From Rotaria socialis (Eukaryota), in contig CAJNYD010000407.1 of assembly GCA_905331295.1 (NCBI GenBank), forward strand, positions 186,001-250,000: a stretch of DNA of 64,000 nt, read 5' to 3'. A program made the position numbers and the translations under genes. This document shows, piece after piece, positions 57,444-64,000 of the stretch (position 1 is the first letter of the stretch; each line of letters begins with the position of its first letter). A model generated the notes under the pieces. That model was given only the letters and a program-made list of their open reading frames with translations, did not search any database and had not been told where the DNA came from.

Positions 57444-60190
57444 TCACTGTAAACGACAGGGAACATTTGATTCGAGATCATTCTCAAATTGTCGAGCAAT
57501 TAATTCACTACGAATTGATAAAAGACGATCGATAATATGATCTAATTTTGATTCTAAGTTTTCTACATCACATAATTCGATCTTTTTGATATTGTTGATA
57601 GAGGAATTGATGGAATCTACGGATAAAAATAAATCATGTAATATAATACTTCTTTTTTTTCAGCAACAAACAAAAATTTACCTGACTTAGGCTTATGAGT
57701 AGATAATTGAAGCATTAGTACATCCGGACTTGATACCGATTCATTATTGAGCATTTCAAATGAAAAGTCAAGTACAAGAAATAATTTCTCCACAGTTGCA
57801 TGAACTCGTTGCAAAGCCATGTTGAATTGATCATTGGCTAGTAAACGTTCATTTAAACATATTTGTTCTTGTTCACCGACAAGAAAACGTATTCGAAGTT
57901 CATCTAATTCTTGTCGATTCTGTAAGTTAAAACAAACGAAAAAATAGATTTAGACAATAAAATTGATTATTACGATTCTTTGAGGATTAGACAAATATTT
58001 GATCGGTGACATAAATGCTCGTTTCAAGCGGAAAAATGACGTTCAGGTCAAAAATGCTTAAAACCTAAACTTACGATACACACACTAAACAAAAAAACAG
58101 TAACGAAAATATCCCGTTCCCCCAATAACGTCAAACCACTGTAAAAATGAATTTGCAGCGGAAAAATGAAAAACTCAATGGGAAAAATAGTTTAGATAAA
58201 TGAAACATCATTGTTCCTATAGAGAAAAATGCGTTCGTATGTAATCGAAATGAACGTACAGGTATTCGCGATAAGAGAAAAAGGAGTTTGCACGGTACTA
58301 AGGATGTTGGGGAAATTTACAGTCGGTTAGATTTTGGTTAAAACAATGATCGGGAAATTTGCATGAATATGGGATGCCGAAAATCATTTACGATATAAGC
58401 GAAAGCTTTCATAGTTTTGTTGTGATGTGTGACGAATTTCAAAGAGCTGATAAGAAATTTGGTTTGAATGAATCGTTGGGAAAGAAGGAATGTGAAGAAT
58501 GAAAATGAAAATGAAAACTACTCATACTTGGTGTTTGTAAAGTTCTGTATATCATGGAATATGTTGTATATGCACGGATATCTTTTCTGAACAGTGGCGA
58601 CAAAAGTACTCGATATGAATTTAGTATACACACGCTGACTTGTACTTATATAGTTTGTCTTCTGTTATGGACAGAACGGGAAAAGAATTCATTTTTGACC
58701 TGAACGGCATTTTTTCCGCTTGAAATGAAAATTTATCTCACCGATCGATTTTTTGTCTATTGCTGACTTTATGTTATATGTAAACCTTTAAAACTCCTAT
58801 GTTTACCTGTCGCAAAAGATGTGTTGTTTCTTTAATAGTTTGCTCTTTCTTTGCAATTTCATTGGATAACGATTGAAGAGTACGTGTATTAGTTTCATTA
58901 AGATATTGATCATGTTTTCTAAGTAGTTTTTCTTCATTTAATTTTTCATTTAATTGTTGAATTGTTTGATTAAATTGTTTGAATTTTTTTTCTGTTTCAA
59001 CTCTCTCATCCATCGTTAAACATTTAGCATTTAATAAAGTTTTATCTGATGAAGATTCATGCAATTGAATTTTTTGTTGCTGCTCATTAATAGTACGTTC
59101 ATAGGTAATAAGTTGTTTTTTCAAATGATTTTTTTCTTTTCGAGATTCGATCACTGTTTGATTTGATTGTTTTAATTGATCTTCAAGTATTTGATGTGAT
59201 TGTTTAAGTTTTTGATATTCAATTTCAGATGGTAAACGATTCATATAAGATTTAATCAAATCATTTTCATCTTGTAAATGTTGAAGTTGTTGGCGAAGAT
59301 CGTTTCGTTCACATTCAACAATAGATAGTTGTTTTTCGGCATCATTAGACTAAAATCAAATATTATCTTACACGTATACCATACGAAAATAATTCACAGA
59401 TTAAAAAAATATACTATCAATATAAGATTTCTAGTTGATATCTATCATCTTGTGTGTAGCAGTTATGCAAACACGGATGAAATTCAACTAATTGAAAATG
59501 ATTCGTTATTATCCGATGAAAATACAATGGTTTCTTACTGTATTTAATTATTTTTACAGTACATTCTCTAATAGCTCACCATTGCAAAGTGCTATTGTGT
59601 CTTCTTTCATGATCTGTGCATGACTCAAATACGTTCGAATAGCAATCCTTCTATCTCAACAGTGTTGTTTTTTGTATTTCACAATATTACGGGTGAAAAC
59701 ATATCAAATTTGATGTATTATTACTTGTTCGATGGTTCGATGAAGTTTTTCATCTGCTTCTTGTTGAAATTCTTTTAATTGTTCACGTAATTGGTCTAAT
59801 TCATATTCACGCTTTCTGAAATAAATAAATTAAAAAACAAAAACAGGTGTTCTTTTAGTATACTCAGTAAAATAAAATCTTACTGAAGAAGCTTTTCCAG
59901 CGCGACAAAATCTTCATTGGGATTTTTATCAATGGAATACTATGATAAGGAAAAACAAAGCTTTTAATCATAAAGCATCTAGTAATTTTCATACATGTTC
60001 ATTTATTGATGGAGTTTCTTCATACGAAAAATATCCATTCGAATGTTGCTGCTGCTGCTGTTCAAGAATGCTTATATGTGTTTGAAGTCTAAACAGTTGA
60101 AAATTCAAACAATTAATTATATTTCATAATTTTATTCATTTACCGATGAATAATAGTATCTTTATCATCATAGGAAGCATATAAATTCAT
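57444..60190 (-). CDS. CEP85: Coiled-coil centrosomal protein, CEP85/CEP85L-like
   Basis: Multi-exon coiled-coil ORF; DKDTIIHRLQTHISILEQ, IKSYMNRLPSEIEYQKLKQ and C-terminal SIRSELIARQFENDLESNVPCRLQ* parallel recalled CEP85 motifs (RYLADLPT...; ...DMGENCVTQ). Confidence 0.6.
57990..58757. mobile_element. MITE with ~67-bp TIRs flanked by TA, in CEP85-like intron
   Basis: Left TA|gacaaatatttgatcggtgacataaatgctcgtttcaagcggaaaaatgacgttcaggtcaaaaatg; right catttttgacctgaacggcattttttccgcttgaaatgaaaatttatctcaccgatcgattttttgtc|TA. Confidence 0.85.
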
Positions 60191-60290
60191 CTGAAAGCAA
60201 GATTTAAGCACAGATTGTAACAATCGATTTAGAGTAGAAATAGAACAAAATAAGTCCACTGTACAAAAACGAAACTACAAAACAGAACTT

Positions 60291-62054
60291 TTATTTGACA
60301 ATCAACATGGATCCTGAGGGCCGTTTTCCTGGCCAAGCTTCTTTAGCATATTTCTTTTTCTTCGGCTCTGAACTTTGATTATTTCCTTCTGACATTGATG
60401 TTTGTAATGATGCAGATGTCAACTTTGGAAATAATGTTGATATTGATTCATTTGTATCATAATCACGTACATCAGGTGCTAAGTTTGGAAGTGATATTCC
60501 TGAAAAGAATAGTATTTTAAAAAAATCAATAGAAAATTTAAAGAAAAACATGAAATATGTATAATTTTACCAAGTTTGGCTGCTACACTTAAATGTTGTG
60601 CTTGTAATGCATTGGGTGGTTCTGTTGATGCTGCAGCGTGTATTGGATGACTTGCATCATAAAGTTGAGAATAATGAAATGCTTGTGCATGCTTTTGAAC
60701 TGTATCAAGGCCAAGATGACTAATACCTGGACTATCAAGTTTACGTTTCTATCAAAGCAAAATTCAAAGTATACAAAATGCTATCGAAATCATTGTTTTC
60801 TTCTAGTCGGATTTATTAATTAATGCAACTTTTCTATGAAATTAGTTGTTGAGTTATTATGATTACTTACTTTTGGCACAATAACTGTTGTTTGAACAAG
60901 ATTCCGAAATCGGCCAACGTTTGGATCGACATCCTCTAAACATATCAGAAAAATATATGCATTTAAAACCAGAATGTTTTTATTTTTCTCTTCATATGAA
61001 CTCACCTGGATTAATTACATCATCTTCTTCATTGAACGTTACATTTCTTCCTTTTCTTTTAACTGTTGGTGCATTTGGTAAATCAGCTATTTGGACAATT
61101 TGTGCAATACGTCGATTATGTGCAGTATTAAATTCAGTTAAATTCTTAAAAGAAGAAAAAAATATTTTGTTTTAAATTTAATATCCTTGATTAATTCAAC
61201 TGTTTACTTCAAGTTCAATTTCAGATTCTGGTATTGAAAATGAATTATTACCATCTTTATTATCATCATTATGATCGCCATTAGTATCACTATTTAAGTT
61301 ATTTGTATTAGCATTACTACCAAATATATGATGAAGTTTATTTCCATGTACTTGTGGACGTTCACGAATAATATATAGACGGCTTGATTCACCGAAATGT
61401 ATTTCACTATCAATATGCACTTGTTGTGCTTTGTGATTTTCAAGTCGAATATGACCTATAAATGTTCCATGTGCTGAAATATCGGAAAATTTTAATAGCA
61501 AAAGTTAAAAAAAAAAGACGAAATGATTATTTTACTTGAACCAAGATCAATTAAAAATGGTCGATTCAGATCTTTATGCCAAAGAAGTGCTGCATGAACA
61601 CGCGAACATGATGCATGATCGACTAAGATTAATATAAATAAATTTAGTTTCATAGAATAACTATTTTACTTTAAACACAGTCATCAAACAGTACTGGAAA
61701 AATTACACAGATAAGTATAAAGACTGTGTACAAAGTGAAAATAAAACAAAGTATTTAGATCTTACTAGTAAAATCACATAGTTCTTTATTTCGTCCAAAA
61801 AAATAACATTTTTTTTCATCGATCATCAATTTCTTTAATGAAAATAAAAAAATCATAACGAAAATAAAAATATTAATAATCTCAACCAACTTGTATCAAT
61901 TTTCCTTCTTTGACAACATCTAAATGTAGACCAGCGACTGGTTTTCCAGCCCTAGAAAATAAAAAATGAAATCTTAAATAAAGTACGAGACAACGATGCT
62001 AAAATTTACAAACCATTTTGGAATTTCAAATGTATTTTTTGCTTGGCTAGCCAT
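60291..62054 (-). CDS. PPP1R8: Nuclear inhibitor of protein phosphatase 1 (NIPP1)
   Basis: FHA domain (WAGKPVAGLHLDVVK, FFGRNKELCDF, DHASCSRVHAAL, DLGS.HGTFIG), PP1-binding RNVTFNEEDDVINPEDVDPNVGRFRNLVQT, C-terminal KKKKYAKEAWPGKRP. Confidence 0.97.
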
Positions 62055-62231
62055 TCTTTTGTTCTTCTTCGATAGGCAAATGTATATTGCAAGTTGTAAT
62101 AATAAATAAACAGTGGAAAGTTTTTTGCATCTTTTTAACCAATAAAAACTCATTGATGACTCACCCGATTTTGTCAGAAAAATATTCAACAAATGAATAG
62201 CGTAAGTAAATAATATATATTATTCGAAATT
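62055..62231. promoter_or_regulatory. Putative bidirectional promoter PPP1R8 / RING gene
   Basis: Divergent ATGs separated by 177 bp. Confidence 0.65.
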
Positions 62232-62972
62232 ATGGCAAATGTCTATCAAATTGAAAATCTTTTACAATGTTCAATCTGTCTCGACCGATTTCAAACACCA
62301 AAAGTACTTTCTTGTCAGCATACATTTTGTTTAATATGTTTACAAAGTAATTTTATGCAATCTTAAATTTTTCATGTTATCAAAATTTATTATTTTTTTG
62401 ATTATTAGGAACATTTAATACACAAACTCGGACGTTGACATGGTTAGATTACTTCATTATTTTTCAAAATAAAAAATATTACCGATTTCTTTTCATCTCA
62501 TTGCAGTCCAACATGTCGCAAAGTGACGCTTTTAAAGCAAGGACCCGACGAATTGGCTAATAATTTATTACTAATCAATTTAATGGATGTACAACCTGTA
62601 AAAGCAAAATGTCCGTCTTGCCAGAAAGTGGAAAAACTAACTGTTTGTGAACATTGTAATTGTACAAAATGCACTGATTGTAATGAAAAACATATAAACG
62701 ATATACGACAATCGACTAAAGCCAAGCTTGATGAGTTAAAAAATACAAATCAAAATGATTTAAAAGGTTTGCTAGAAAAAGAAATTCATTTCTAAACTAT
62801 TTTCTGAATTTCATTTTTCGTTTTAAGTATCGATTAATAATTCTTTTAAAAATGTCAAAACTCAAATATGCAATGAATTACAACGTATTCGACAACAACA
62901 TGATTCCATTCTGCTAACTAAACAAATGGATATCTTGAAACAACTTGATGCTCATGAACAAACTTTATTGGC
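62232..62972 (+). CDS. RING-finger TRIM-like E3 ligase, 5' exons (probably continues beyond window)
   Basis: C3HC4 [29 protein letters not shown]...CPTCRK, second Cys cluster CPSC...[16 protein letters not shown], then coiled coil; last visible donor at ~62973. Confidence 0.85.
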
Positions 62973-64000
62973 GTAAGTTTATTTAATTTGATAAAATTAT
63001 TTTGAAAATATAGATCTACAATGATAAAAGACAAATATGTTTAGAGTAAAAAAAGAATCCAAAAAAAATGATTTAAATTGAAGAAAACTATGATTATCAT
63101 CAAACTTAAATTCGAATTTCATATAGGTGGAACTAAACAAAAGAGTCTGATCTGGTAACGAATAATTAGAATGATGAGTTTCAAAAGAATCATTTAGGAA
63201 TGGTTAAGCCACCACTATACTAGTATTTTTTCATTAGAAATCGAAAAATGAGACATGATATCCTTTACCAATACAATTACTGTTAACAAATGACGTGCAA
63301 ATAGTTTTTTTGTTTTGTTTCTGACATTCTAGAGTTCGCACACTTAATTCGCGAATCTCTAACAAGTCAGCCCATAGGCTCTAAAATGAGAACTCCTAGA
63401 GAAAAGTTTAAATCTGTAATTTGAGAGAAAACAAAACAAATACGTTGTTTAAAAGAGTAGAAAATGAAGGAACATTTTCGTAGGCTGACTTGCAATCATC
63501 GGCTAGTGTAACTATCTAAAACAAAGTGCTCCCATAAATTTTATTGTGATTTTTAAGAGCATAGCAGTTCTGAAAAATGAAATGCAATTAAAAACATCAT
63601 GGTAAACAGAAAATATTTCATCAGACACCAACATAAATCGCATTGTGTAGGGAAAACCTTCGAGTACACGTCTGTGAAAAGTACCAAGCTGTTTATTCTA
63701 GTATTAAAAAAAATGAAAGATGAAGAAAAGACTAAAATTAACCTTAAGAAATATCGCTTTTAATCAAAATAATGGTCCAAAAATAGAAGATGGAATCCAT
63801 ATAGCTGAGTTCCCCTCGCAATGCTTATGATAATACTAAGTCTTTAAGATCAATTATATTCTACAGAAAAACAATATTCATGTTTGTTCTCCTGTCTTCT
63901 AATACATCTTAGAAGTCATCTCCATGAAGTAATATTGAATAATTGTACTACGCATGAAAATAAATTTTCTATTTGACTTGATTTGAACAAAACTAAGTTT

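Overview
AT-rich, intron-containing animal genomic DNA with many ~50-70 nt GT-AG introns and TA/CT/GAA microsatellites. It is most consistent with a bdelloid rotifer, which is an inference from gene style and composition. I found no prokaryotic features, CRISPR array, rRNA or tRNA. Thirteen protein-coding genes can be supported, in order: NIPA Mg2+ transporter (3' end), an LRR-type single-pass membrane protein, CPTP/GLTP, a Ser/Gln-rich orphan, DNAJC1, RIC8, FSIP1, an ARHGAP6-like RhoGAP, MCEE, TBCK, a CEP85-like gene, PPP1R8/NIPP1 and the 5' part of a RING/TRIM gene. Four non-autonomous TIR elements (three intronic, one intergenic) and two Helentron/DINE-like fragments are also present. The most interesting signal is a co-oriented minus-strand chain PPP1R8 > CEP85-like > TBCK (> MCEE). 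It has only 100 and 121 bp between stop and next start, an AATAAA at or after the upstream stop, and an apparently unpaired 3' splice acceptor just before the downstream ATG. This is the layout expected of a spliced-leader-resolved eukaryotic operon. Exon boundaries were read by eye and may be off by a few bases.
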